NCBI GenBank assembly: GCA_965644315.1
Contig: CBFFRQ010000068.1
Span: 1,240,001 to 1,304,000 of the forward strand
Length of the DNA stretch: 64,000 bases
Source: Caecitellus pseudoparvulus
Taxonomy: Eukaryota > Protista > Bigyra: Bicosoecida
Direction of reading: 5' to 3'
Below, one piece after another: positions 47,501 to 60,029 of the stretch; the first letter of the stretch is position 1, and the number at the start of each line of letters is the position of its first letter. The notes beneath the pieces were generated by a model, which saw nothing but the letters and a program-made list of their open reading frames with translations, made no database searches and was not told the origin of the DNA. A program made the translations under genes and the position numbers.

Positions 47501-50500
47501 TCGAGCACAACGAGGGCAAGGTTGTTATGAACCTCGTCCTTTTTGAGCAGGCCATGGAGCACGTCTGCCGCATCGCTCGCATCATCTCAAACCCATCCGG
47601 GAATGCTATGCTTGTGGGGGTGGGCGGCAGCGGAAAGCAAAGTCTCACTCGCCTGGCAGCCTTCATCTGCGGCTACGAAGTGGTGCAGTTGCAGGTATCA
47701 GCCAAGTTCACCGAGGCTGACTTCCGCGAGGCTCTCCAAGGCATGTTTAAGCAAGCAGGAGGTAAGGGCATCCCGACAGTGTTCATCATGACAGACTCTC
47801 AAATCGTGAACGAGCGGTTCCTGGTCTACTTGAATGACATCTTGTCGTCTTCATGGGTGACTGGGCTTTTCGAGCGTGAAGATCTGGATGAAGTGTACGG
47901 CTTGCTGCGCAACGAGGCTAAGGCGGCTGGCATTGCCATCGATTCACCCGATGCCATGCTGGAGTACTTCATTTCCCGCATTCGCTCGAACTTACACGTC
48001 GTGCTGTGCTTCTCACCAGTCGGGAGCGTCTTCCGCGTGCGAGCCCGCAGGTTCCCTGGCCTTATCAACTGCACCTCGAACGACTACTTTCACCCATGGC
48101 CACGGGACGCGTTGGTTTCAGTGGCTGAGAGCAACATTCAGGACATTGAGGCATTCGGCTCTGAGGAGGTGTGTCACTCTGTCGCAGAGCACATGGCTGA
48201 CGCTCACCTTGCGGTTACTGAGGTTTCTCGAGACTATGCCTCATCACAAGGGCGCCACAACCACGTGACTCCCAAGTCATTCCTGGAGCTGATTGGCTTT
48301 TACCGGTACTTGCTGGACGAAAAGCTCAAGCAGAGCCAAGGCAACATCGAGCGCCTGGACGACGGTCTGTCAAAGCTTGTCAAGACTGGCGAGGACGTCG
48401 CTGAGCTCCAGCGCGACCTGCAGTACAAGATGACCAAGGTTGAGGAGGAGGTGTCCAAGACAGACTTGTTGCTGGAAGAGATCAAGGAGCAGTCTGCAGA
48501 TGCTGCGGAGCAGGAAGCTGCTGCGAGTGTCGTGCGCGAATCTGCTACAAAGGCCAAGGCTGCTGCTGAGGCCATCCAAGCTGATGCCGACAAGGAGCTG
48601 GCAGAGGCCATGCCTGCCCTGGAGGCTGCGACGGCTGCGCTGCAGAACCTGCCCCTGAAAGCCATCCAGACGATGAAGTCCTATGCCTCTCCGCCTGCAG
48701 CCATCATGCAGGTGTGCACGCCGTTGCTCATGATGCTTGCTGGCGAACTGAACCCCAAGAAGCACACGTGGGATGCTGCCAAGCGCATGATGAAGGCTCC
48801 GAAAGAGTTCCTCGATCGCTGTGTGCACTATGCACAGCACGATGCCAAGGTCATGTCGGACAAGCTGGTTTCCTTGCTGCAGCCCATCTATGACGACCCT
48901 GAGTTCACTGTTGAAAAAATGACGAAGACATCCGATGCAGCAGGCGCACTGACATTGTTCGTTCGATCCACGGTGCACTTCAACCGTGTGTGGGTGAAGG
49001 TAGAGCCACTCATGATTGGGCTGGAGGAAGCCAACAAAAGCAAGGAAGAAGCCAATGCCCAGCTGGCGGAGGCAGAGGCTACCTTGGCCCAGGTGCAGGC
49101 CAAACTTGCCGCATTGAACGAGAAACTGGCTGATGCCGAGGCTGCTAAGAAGGTGGTGGAAGATGAGGCTGCTGCATGCCAAGCAAAGCTTGGCTTGGCA
49201 GAGCGCCTCGTCAATGGGCTCGCATCCGAGAAGGAGCGCTGGGGTGAGGAAGTCAAGCGCCTCAAAGAGCAAGAGTACCAACTGGTCGGCGACGTGCTCC
49301 TTGGCTCAGCCTTTGTCTCCTACATCGGCGGATTTGACTATGTGTACCGCAACCGCCTGTGGCGTGAGCTGTGGCTGCCCGATATCATCAGCAAGGGCAT
49401 TCCCGTGTCAGAAACCGTGGATCCGCTGTGGCTGTTGACCAGCGAAGCCAAGGTGGCTGCCATGCAGAACGAAGGCTTGCCGGCAGATCGCATCTCCACT
49501 GAGAATGGGGCAATCACGGTGGCGTCCAAGCGGTGGCCTCTGCTCATTGACCCGCAGCTGCAGGCTATCAAGTGGCTGCGCACACGTTTCGAGCCCCCTA
49601 CCCTGCCGGTGGACGCAGAAGGTGAAGGCGAAGGCGAAGACGTGGCTGCTGATGCTGAGCTGGAGGAGAGTGGGGGCGCAGCAGCTCCGTCCGCGGCAGC
49701 TGCAACCACGCTGGTGGTGCTGCAACTGACCCAGGACAACTGGCAACGCAAGATGAAGAACGCCATTCTGAACGGGCACACTGTCATCATTGAGAACTGC
49801 TCTGAGGAGCTGGATGCAACGCTGGACCCTGTGCTGTCCCGTGCAGTCGTGCAGCGTGGGAAGAGCTTCTTCGTCAACTTCGCCGGGGACGATGTTGAGT
49901 ACCACAAGGACTTTGAACTGTTCCTACAAACCAAGCTCAGCAACCCACACTACAAGCCTGAGACCCAGGCGCAGTGCACTCTTGTCAACTTCATTGCCAC
50001 CGAAGAGGGACTCAAAGACCAGCTCCTTGCGCGGGTAGTGCAGCGAGAGAAGGCTGACCTGGAAGCTCGCAAGCAGGAGCTGGCAGCGGCTTTCAACCGC
50101 TACAAGGTGCAGCTCATCGAGTTGGAGGATGATCTGCTGAACCGCTTGGCTTCGGCCGAAGGCGACTTGACTGCCAACGTCGCCTTGATCGAAGGCTTGG
50201 AGGCAACGAAGCTTGCGGCTGGGGAGATTCAGGAGGCTGTCGCTAAGGGCAAGCAGACAGAAATCGAAATCAACACTGCTCGGCAAGTGTATGTGCCTGT
50301 TGCCGAAGAGGGGGCAATGCTGTACTTCATGATCACGCAGCTGAACGCCATCAACCACATGTACCAGTACTCCCTTGATGCCTTCATGCTGTACTTTTAC
50401 AAGGCAATGGATGACGCGAAGGACCCTGAGGATGCTGAAGCTCGTGTGAAGGAGCTGAAGAGCACGTTACGCCTGACTATCTACCGATGGGTTTCCCGGG

Positions 50501-52797
50501 GCCTCTTCGAGCGCCACAAGCTGATCCTCATGGCACAGCTGACATTCCAGCTCATGTCTCGAGGCCGCATCGGTGGAGAAGAAGAATGGTCTGCCCCACT
50601 CTTCCAGTTCCTTTTGCGTGGAGGGCGCAAGACGCTGGAGGAGAAACCATCATCCCTGGACTGGCTGCCTGACACAGCATGGTACACAGTGCAGTACTTG
50701 GCCAGCCTGGACGGCTGTGGCTTTGAAAAGCTGCCTGCAGACCTGGATGAAGCGCCTGCCCGCTTCAAGGAGTGGTTCAACCATGTCTCTCCAGAGCAGG
50801 AGAAGCTTCCCTTGGACTGGGCCGGGCTGGACAAGGAGCCGTTCAAGAAGCTCATGGTGCTGAAGTGCATGCGCCCCGATCGCCTGAACGTTGCGCTGAC
50901 CAACTTCATCAGCTCCACGTTGCCGAATGGGAAGGATTATGTCTCGTGCGACTCCACCCTGTCGGGGCTGCAGGTGTTGGACCAGACGCTGGGAGACAGC
51001 AAGCCCTCCACGCCGCTGTACTTCATCCTGTCTCCAGGTGCGGACGTGGTGTCTGACCTGGACAAGCTGGCGGTGAAATTCGGCAAAGTCAAGGGTGAGT
51101 CGTATCACAACATTGCCATGGGGCAGGGGCAAGACAAGAAGGCCATGGAAGCTCTGGAGCTTGGCAATCGCCAGGGGCACTGGGTAATCCTGAACAACGT
51201 GCATTTGATGCCGCGCTGGCTCACAGAGCTGGAGAAGCGCCTGGACGTCTTCAACCTGCAGGGCAGCCACGAAGAGTTCCGGGTGTTCTTGACGTCAGAG
51301 CCAGCCAACACCATTCCCATCGGCGTGCTGTCCCGGTCCATCAAGCTGACTAACGAGCCCCCCACAGGGTTGAAGGCCAATCTTCAGCGTGCGTTCACAT
51401 CCTTCTCCCCAGAGTTCATCAATGACATGGACAGCCGCATGCGTGCCATCTTGTTTGGGCTGTGCCACTTCCATGCAGTGCTCATCGAACGAAAGAAGTT
51501 TGGCCCCATGGGTTTCAACATGATGTACCCGTTCTCGTTGGGTGACCTGCGGGATTCCGCAGAGACGCTGGCCAACTACATGGAGAATGCGGGCACAAAG
51601 ATTCCTTGGGAAGACCTGCGGTACCTCTTCGGGCAGATTATGTATGGCGGGCACATTGTGAACGATTTCGACCGCACTCTCGTCGTGAACTACTTGGAGC
51701 ACTTCATGCGCGATGAGCTGCTGGATGAAATGGAGCTCTTCCCCTTCAACAAGGACGAGGATGCGAGCTTCATGTCCACGTCCCCGACCACCTACGAACG
51801 TTACTTGGAGCACATTGATGAGCGCCTCAAGGGCGACACTCCCATCGCGTTCGGCCTCCATCCAAACGCAGAAATTGGCTTCCGTACCGCACAGTCTGAG
51901 GAACTCTTCCGAACACTGATGGACCTTCAGCCACGCGATGCAGGTGCAACATCAGATGCTGCCACGTCTCCCTTGGAGGTGGCGCGTGTTGTCTTGTCGG
52001 AGCTTCTGGACACGTATGGGGAGGCCATCTTCGACTTGGAGGACATTGGCAACTCCATGGAGGGCGATCGTGGGCCTTTCCAGAATGTCCTCATGCTTGA
52101 GCTGGAGCAGATGAATGGCTTGTTGATTGAGATGAAGCGGTCCCTGTCCGAGCTAAAGCTGGGCATTGACGGTGTGCTGACCATGACCGACACGATGGAG
52201 GAACTGCGTGACGCGCTGTTCCTCGACCGCGTGCCAGGCGTATGGGCGCGCAAGGCGTGGCCGAGCCTGCGGAGCTTGGCCGGCTGGCGCGACGACCTCA
52301 CCAGGCGGTTGACCCAGCTGAACGAGTGGAAGGACAACCCCACCACCATCCCCATGGTGACGTGGCTCTCTGGGCTCATCAACCCCCAATCCTTCCTGAC
52401 TGCCATCAGGCAGCAGTCTGCACAGGCGACTAAGCAAGAGCTCGACAAGCTTGTTATTCAAACTGAAGTCACAAAGCGCATGCGGGAGGAGATCACCGAC
52501 CCCGCTCGCGATGGTGGCGCCTTTGTTGACGGCCTCTTCATGCAAGGTGCTCGGTGGGACATTGCGGGTGGCTTTGTTGACAAGTCGAAGCCCCGGGAGA
52601 TGCTGTGTGTAATGCCTGTGTTGAACTGCCGGGCGGTGACTGAAGACAAGTTGGAGGTGAAAAACATCTACGATTGCCCAGTCTACAAGACCGAGCAGCG
52701 GGGCCCCACGTACGTCTTCTCTGCCCAGCTGAAGACGAAGTCTCCTGCTTCTCGGTGGGTGATGGCGGGAGTGGCCCTGGTCATGGATGCCACCTAG
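38526..52797 (+). CDS. Axonemal dynein heavy chain, outer-arm beta type (DNAH9/11/17-like); short 5' exons then one ~13.6-kb exon
   Basis: Tail domains, FPRFYFVSN linker, P-loops GPAGTGKT, GPAGCGKT, GTAGTGKT, GVGGSGKQ; stalk coiled coils; C-terminus YDCPVYKTEQRGPTYVFSAQLKTK..WVMAGVAL. The first exon start is inferred. Confidence 0.95.
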
Positions 52798-53012
52798 GCT
52801 ACCTGTCTCGCAAGCAAATGCAAGCTGATTCCATACCTCACTCACCGGGCAGGATCAGAAGCTCGCACCGTGCTGCTACAGGGCAGCAGCCCTGCTCTCC
52901 AAGGTGCATGAGGGTTGAGCTACCACCTTAGCTTCTGCACGGCCCTTGAAGGGCTTTCTGGGCCCCGATCAAGCTGACGCTGGCAGGGGCGCACAGAAGC
53001 AATTTCCGCGGC

Positions 53013-54894
53013 ATGGCCTCTTCACCAAGCGGCGGTGTGGCGTTTACAGCTTACGGCATGTTTGACTTAAAGCGGTGAGGGTGACTGTGCTCGCTGCCAG
53101 GCATTGCTTCCTGGCTGATCATGCCGCTGCCCTTGCGCCTGCGCCGGCAGGGGAACTTGCATTCGAGCACTTCGGACAGCTCGTGTAGCTTGGGCTTTCT
53201 CTGAGACACAGGCAACGCCTCCCGAGACACCTTGGCACCCCACAGAGCGCACGCAGAGGCTGCTGGAAAGCGCCCTTCCAGAGGGGTCACATGCTCAGGC
53301 GACCGGCTGGAGTGTTTTCCCGGTTCTGGGGCCAGAGGGAGATGCTTGGACATGCGTGGCTGCGAACTCCACCAGGAAAACTGAAGGCGCAGCTCGAGGC
53401 AGCACAAGTAGGTTTGTCTTGCTCGCAACGCGATGTCTTGCTGGCCCTGTGCTGCTGCCTTTGCTGTGGTGGTTCTTAGATGCACAGCATGCTGTGGGTG
53501 CAGCCGCCGAGCCTGTTGCGGACGCTGGCGCAGCAGCACAGCTGCTGCACCTGCTCATGCAAGGGGCAAGCGACGCCTTGACTTTGATGCAGAAGTCCTT
53601 GCCTGATCCCCTTGAACAGCAGATTGCTTGGTGGTCACTTTCTGCTGGTGCTGCTGAGGAGCAGCTGCTCCAGCTCCCTTGTCAGCAGCCCCAGCTGGAC
53701 GCTGCCGCGGGAGCACGGAGCACTCTTGCTGACGCTGGCTTCCCTTCACAAATCAGAGTGAAGACGTGGCAGCCAAACTGGCTCCCGTTGGGTGTTGGGT
53801 CCCTGCACTCAGCTGTAGTGAGGACTGCATCGCCCCTGCACCTGGAGGTCCTGTGGCTTGCGGTGCTTTTGCGCCGGCGCGTGCTTGTGCTTGCGGGTCA
53901 GAAAGAGTCGATTGAGGCCTTGACAGGGCTTGTGTATGGCGTTGCGGGCTTCCGCTCGCCGCCACTGGGAGGGGGGCATGCCATGTCGGCGGTGCAGCCC
54001 CTTGTGAGCTTGGTGGACACCGCTTGGACCAGCACCCCTGGCTTGGTCGCAGGGAGCAACAACCCGCTGCTGCGAAGCAAGCCCGCATGGTGGGACATTT
54101 GCTTTGAATTGTCCTCAGGGAGTCTCTTAATTTCAGAGCCATCCGAAGATGGAACACGCCATCGCCTGCGCCCGTTCTCCCAGGCTCTACCTGCACACTG
54201 GCCAACAGGAACCATCAGCCCCCCTGACAAGCACGCTGGTGGCTTGCTGCGGTCACGGCTGGCTGCGACATCCAGACTTGTGTGGGTTGCAGCTCGATCG
54301 GGCGCCAGTGCTCACTGGGTGCACGTGACCTGCTGCTCCATGTCGCGGGAGGTGCTGCAGGCAGCAAGGCTTTCAAAGGCAGGCCAGCCTCCGGAAGGAT
54401 TTTGGTCACAAGCGACTGCTAGGAGTGACGCAACTCTGGCTGGTATCTTCGAAGAAGGTATTGTCTCTGAAGCGTGCTCTGTTGAGAAGGCTGCGTGGCA
54501 GGGCCATGCTTCGGCGGCTCCTGGGGTGGACACGCTGCTGAATGCGCTCCGGCCGGTGCAGGACAGGTGCCAGGAGAAGCGCACTAAGGACCCCGCTGCC
54601 GTGGGAGCGGCAGTCCACGCGTTGTATTCGTTTGTGCAAGAGCCCTCGGATGCTCTGCTGCTGTTGCATTGCTGCCCTCACTCTGCTGGTGGGCTACGGC
54701 CCATAGCGGCCTATCTGCTTCACCAAGATGCCTCCATTCGTCGAGCTACTTGCGGCATTTTGCTCGCAGTGGAGACCTTTCTGCCCGATGTGGGAGCGGC
54801 TTGTGTTCAGGCCTTGCCATTGGTGATGCGGGCAGCACTGCAGCGGGCCAAGAGTAGGAGAGGAGCAGTTGAAAGCGCTCTGCCCCATCCCTGA
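53013..54894 (+). CDS. Afi1/MesA-like (DENN-related, SPA domain) protein; 5' exons approximate
   Basis: N-terminal MFDLKR and LPEGSH..WSVF; LWLAVLLRRRVLVL; PLVSLVD..PGLVAGSNNP..WWDI; C-terminal GGLRPIAAYLLHQDASIR. Confidence 0.6.
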
Positions 54895-55209
54895 CAAGCA
54901 GCGCAGCCAGTGCCAACTGGCCCACGAAGCGCCGCTTGACTCCGCCCCGGTTGACCCTTCCACGTATGTCGACGGCCAGAGTGCCTGCTCCATGTTTTTT
55001 TCCCACTGCGAGGTGGTGCCGACCCTGCTGCCGTTCGCAGGCCAGCCCAAGCTGAGGGTCGCGTGGCAACAATCGCACAATGGCGTTCACTTTTGCTCAT
55101 CCGTCAGTCACGCAGACCGCTGAAGTTTGCGAAGAGCCTCGAGTCTGCACGTTGCCACTCTTGCAGCCCAGCGTCCTTTCGTTTGAACTTGTTTGAATTT
55201 GCAGCTGCA

Positions 55210-57041
55210 ATGGACTCAGCCCTCTCCTGGCTGCAAGGTGCAGTGGCACCTCCCACCGACCACCGACTACGCCAAGCCCAGCACATCGCCTGTCTACTTG
55301 CGGGCGGCTACGTCCTCGTGAAAGCTGTGCAAATGGGCCCTTCAGCCATCTTGAAGCAAGCGCTCACCCTGGCCCTGCCTGCCCTGGAAGCCGTCCCAGG
55401 TGGGCCTTGCGTGCAGCAACCCGCAATTCCCGCACTGTCCCACACTTGAGCTGCTCCCCCCTGCTGTAGGCGTTGCCGGCCTGGTGAAAGCAGAGGAGGA
55501 GAAAGCCATGAAAGACATCGAGCAGGAAATGCTGGGCGATGGTGATGAGCACGCTCTCACTGCACTGCCAGCTCAGGGCAAGCCGGCCAGCGTAATCCTC
55601 GAGGAAGCTGGTGTATATGAGCAGACTGGTGAGGGAGCTGGCGGCCAATAAAGGTGGCGGCCCAGCGCAGGCCCAGCCCACTGGCACGCCTTTGCACTTC
55701 ATCGCAGACTTGAGCGACGAGTCCAAGACGAAGCGCTGGGGCGGGATCTACCATGTTGACACTGCAGAGCACAAGGATCCATTGTTCGAGTTGCAAGGTG
55801 ATTTGTTTCGGATGTTTAACGCGACAAATGCCTTGTACCCCATGGTATTCAAGGGGGTCCGCAAGTTTCAGGCCGAGATCGTGGAGATGATGATTGAGAT
55901 GGTCGCATCCAAGGACCCGCAAGGCAAGCGTGTGGGAGAGGAGGTCGGTCTGCTCACGTCGGGGGGCACAGAGAGCATTTGCCTGGCGGTATACGCTCTG
56001 AAGAAACACGCAGAAGCGACCCGTGGAGTGACTGAGCCAGAGCTTGTTTGCTGTACCACTGCTCACGGTGCTGTGGACAAGGCTTGCGCGTACTTCGGAG
56101 TCAAACTGGTCAAAACCGAGCCCGGGCCAGACTTCCGCATGGTTCCTGCGACTGTCAAGGCTGCGCTCAACCGCAACACCATCTGTGTGTACACCTCGGC
56201 ACCGACGTTTCCTCATGGAGTTTTCGACCCCATCGAGGAGCTCGCTGAGCTGTCACAGGCGGCTGGTGTGCCGCTGCACGTGGACAACTGCATGGGCGGC
56301 ATCGTCGCATCCATGTGCCGAGACTTGGGTCTCTTGAACATTCCATTCGACTTCAACATCCCCGGCGTGACAACCATGAGCGTCGACTGCCACAAGTTTG
56401 GCCAGGCATCCAAGGGCGCCTCTGTCGTTGCCTTCCGCGACAACGCCATCCGGCAGGCCACGTACACCCCAGTCCTGGACTGGTCGGGGGGGTTTTACGT
56501 CACACCCACCATGCAGGGCTCCAGGAATGGTGCTATCATTGCAGCTGCTTGGGGCACACTCGTGCACAAAGGCAGGAATGGCTACGAGTCCATGGCCAAG
56601 AACGTGTGGGAGACGACTCAGAAGGGAATCGCTGGTGTGAACAGCATCCCCCACCTGCGAGTTGCAGTGAAGCCAGACCTGTGCATGCTACCAATCATGT
56701 GGAACTCAGACTCCCCGGCCGAGCAAGCTCGCATCTACGCAGTTTCGTCGGCCATGAGCAAGCGTGGTTGGAGCATGGCAACCTTGCAGAAGCCAGCGTG
56801 CGTCAACATCACTGTGGCGGAGCAGTACATGTGGACCATGGACGACTTCCTGGCTGACTTGAGAGAAGTGGCCGCTGAGGTAGCTTCCCGCCCAGTCGGA
56901 CAGCTGTCTGGCGTTGCGGGGGTGTACGGCAGCGCTGCAGTGATGCCCGATGACAAGCTGCACGGAGCTCTGAAGTCATTCTGTGATTTGCAGATGCGAG
57001 TGAAGCCCAAGGTGGCAGCTGCAGCCGGTTCCGGGCAGTAG
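55210..57041 (+). CDS. SGPL1: Sphingosine-1-phosphate lyase (PLP-dependent), spliced
   Basis: N-terminal hydrophobic segment; NALYP.VF.GVRKFQAEIV, TSGGTESI, AH.A.DKAC.YFG, SAPTFPHG..DPI, LHVDNCMGG, PLP lysine in SVDCHKFG, TPTMQGSR. Confidence 0.93.
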
Positions 57042-57216
57042 GCTGGAGTAGCAGCACGCTACACATTCAAAATGCATGCGCCTGAGGTGAACTCTTTTTC
57101 CGGACCTTCAGCTTTCTGCCCTGCACACCTGCGCACCCACGTGGCACCCTCACGACACGCCAAGCATTCCCAGGGCTTCATTGGAAGTTGAATTCCCCAC
57201 AGCCACCCTGGACACC

Positions 57217-58065
57217 ATGGCAAACTTGCGGACTCTAAGTGATGTAAAGAAGGCTACGAGCTCCGAGCACCAGGATCTCGGCCAAGCCTTGTACACCGGG
57301 GGCGCTTCTAGGTGTGTGCATGTGCCTTGTCAAGTTCCGCACACAGGTGGCCACCCCTGAGGCACCCCCAGCAACACCCTGACTACGGCTTTCATTCACA
57401 GTGGCACTGCCGTCTTCGGTGGGGAGCCATCCGGTGATGCAGCTTCCAGGATCATCGGCCGGAGCCGCGCCGCAGCTGGATCACAGGGGGGAAGCGAGCC
57501 AGGCACAGACGCGATCAAGGTGACATTCTACGCCAACGGCTTCTGCGTCGCGGATGGCCCACTACGAGGAGATAGTGAACAGGACAAACGGTTCCTGTCC
57601 GACATCGACCGCGGACTTGTCCCGGCAGAGTTGCGGCAAGGCCGCAGCGGTGACGTCCACATTGCCATCGATGATCAGCGCGCAGTGAACTTCTCACCCC
57701 CTCCTCCACCAGCATACACTGCATTTGGTGGCGAGGGAAATCGTCTAAGTGCAGGGAGCACTTCTACCAGTGCGGCTGGGGTGGTTGACGGCGCAGCTGC
57801 AGTTGCTGGCTCTTCAATTGAGCTCAAAGACGGCGAGCCTGTACTCAAGGTTCAAGTGCGCCTGGCCACCGGCAAGCGCACGGTGTTGAAGCTGAACTCG
57901 GGGCACACTGTCAGCCAGGTCCAAGCTGCGATTGCCGCCATGACTCCTGGGGTGACCTCATTCACCCTTGTGGCAGGGTTTCCCCCGAAGCCCCTCGTGG
58001 ACTCGGCTGCCACTGTGGCGGAGGCTGGGATCGCTGGTGCAGCGGTAACTCAGAAGGCACTGTAG
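57217..58065 (+). CDS. NSFL1C: p97 cofactor p47/Shp1-like (SEP + UBX), 2 exons
   Basis: LRTLSD..LYTGG.SS|GTAV; SEP domain TFYANGF.V.DGPLR..FLSDI.RG.VP.EL; SHP box FGGEGNRL; UBX domain VQVRLATG..N..HTV..GFPPKPL. Confidence 0.88.
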
Positions 58066-58113
58066 TTGAACTGCTTAGCACGCCCAGGAGTCCTCCTTGA
58101 GCCAGACAGCTCG

Positions 58114-59106
58114 TTATGATCGCCGCTTTGCTGCGACAGCCCTTCCATACCGCAAGGCAGCCTGGTACTGTGGGCGGCGCCGAGCAGCCACGAGAATTGG
58201 CCCACCCTCGGCATTGGCTTGTGCAACTTTACTTGCGTGGATACGCCAGGCCTCTGCCGGTGATGCAGCTTGGTGCTTGGGAGACGTTGACGATGGACGG
58301 GGGCGTGTAAGGGTTTCAGGGGGTCTACTGGACTCCTGACGACCAGCCTGCCTTCCAGGCAGAAGGGGATCATGGGAGGGTGGCTGTTGATGCAGCTTTG
58401 TTCCTGTGGAGGCGGAGTCATGCCCACCACTTTCAAACAGTGCTGCTTGAATGGCTGCTTCTCCGCCTGCGGCCTGCGCCAGCGCGGAAAAGTGCCGCTG
58501 GCGCACACTTGGAAGGGAGCTTGCCTGGGATACGCCTGATGAATCGATGTAGTCTGGTAGCACGCAGGAGAGCAAACCGGGCGGCTGTGCTTGACTCGCT
58601 GCCAAGTCGCGCCGTGGGGCCGTAGGGGAGCCTTCTGCGCGCAGGTTCCGCAAGCGTCGGCGGTTTAGTTGCCTGGCAAGTCGCCGGATGTGCTTTGCGT
58701 GCTCGTCCTGGACTTGAAATGCAGAAGGAAGTTGCCCAGGGCTCGCACGGGTAGCGCCCGAAGCCGCACACTCTCCGATCGGACGCAAGGCCTGTAACTC
58801 CAAAGAAGCTGCCTGAGAGTCGGCAGCATCACAAGCAATGCCTCTCTGCCTTGCTGCTCTTCGTGAGCGCCGACTTGCTGCTGCAAGAAGAAAGCTTGCG
58901 GCACGGTCTGTGGGGGTCCATGCCAGGTCAGCTCGCAAGTCTCGGACCATGCCACAGAGGCCAACCAACGTCCGTGCGACAACAGGGTCGACGACACGGG
59001 TGCTCACATGTTGTGCTTCCTTTGGCTTGATCCCTGCCGTATTTAGCACGTGGAGCAGCTGGGCTTGCATGCCTGCGTTGCCTTGCACAGCACCAGCCAT
59101 GTCCAA
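58114..59106 (-). CDS. Hypothetical protein (330 aa)
   Basis: The ORF fills the gap convergent on p47 and divergent from the next gene; no motif recognised. Confidence 0.4.
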   Translation of the reverse strand: MDMAGAVQGNAGMQAQLLHVLNTAGIKPKEAQHVSTRVVDPVVARTLVGLCGMVRDLRADLAWTPTDRAASFLLAAASRRSRRAARQRGIACDAADSQAASLELQALRPIGECAASGATRASPGQLPSAFQVQDEHAKHIRRLARQLNRRRLRNLRAEGSPTAPRRDLAASQAQPPGLLSCVLPDYIDSSGVSQASSLPSVRQRHFSALAQAAGGEAAIQAALFESGGHDSASTGTKLHQQPPSHDPLLPGRQAGRQESSRPPETLTRPRPSSTSPKHQAASPAEAWRIHASKVAQANAEGGPILVAARRRPQYQAALRYGRAVAAKRRS

Positions 59107-59310
59107 TTTCCGCAGGCAGTCGCTGCAGGTTACAACAAATCAAATAGAAAACAAGAAGCCAGAGGAGAAGGAACTGGGCCTTCTTTGTACGTTCACTGCA
59201 CGCACTCCTGAATGCACGGTGAAGTACCTTCCTTCTGCCACCGAAGGCGCTCGTGCAGCACCACGGCCTTGGCAAGGCTTCCTCGTTTCGTGCTGGGCAG
59301 CTGGCGAACC

Positions 59311-60022
59311 ATGGGAAGGCGAGACACGTCAGCAGCAGACTTTGGCACTGACACAAGAAGGCTTTCATACTTGAATGCCGCGCTGCGGGGATTTTGGGCG
59401 GTGGTGCTGCTGTGCTGTTTACATGGTGCGAAACCCCGAAACGCAGCGCTGGAAGGCCACCACGGCGACGCACGGCACCACGACACGCTTGTGAAGCAGG
59501 CAGCCATGCACAACCCTGGGTGCGAGACTACAATGTGTACCTTTTGTCTGGAAATCGTACCGTGGAGAGCGAGGCGACGCTTTTCAGTCGCCCACCAGCA
59601 GCGACTACCAGCAGCCCAGATGCAGACGTGGAGTTACTGCTCCCGCACCCCCCCTCCTGCCCACTGGAGTCTCGGAAGGTGATATGCGAGGAGGCACTCT
59701 TTCAGTGCCAAGCGGCTTCACCCTTTGACCACCGACACATCTGCAAGGTAGGTTAGCAATTCGCGACACCAAACGCAAGTCAGTCTGAGAGGTACACAAC
59801 CACCACTTGCCCGCCTCGCAGTGCTACAAGCAGCACGCTGAGTGCTTTACACAGAATGGGTGCCCCATGGACACTATTCCTCGCAAGCACGTTCGCCACT
59901 GTTTTGATGTGCTGCGGTGCAGCATGAACTCATGTGACGGGCAGGATGGTGCATTCACCGCTCACACCAGCATCGGGGCGCTGCTCCTGGCGTTGGCTGC
60001 GGCGACGATGATGGCAATCTGA
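59311..60022 (+). CDS. Secreted cysteine-rich protein with C-terminal GPI-anchor/TM-like signal (3 exons)
   Basis: Two GT-AG introns join FWAVVLLCCLHG|SHAQPW..ICEEALFQC..HICK|CYKQHAECF..GC..HCFDVLRCSMNSC and a hydrophobic tail GALLLALAAATMMAI*. Confidence 0.6.
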
Positions 60023-60029
60023 GAAGGGC

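Noticed and set aside
49591-49710. Acidic/Ala-rich insert in the dynein AAA5 region
   Set aside because: In-frame low-complexity loop insertion of the kind common throughout these proteins; no sign of an intein or extra domain.
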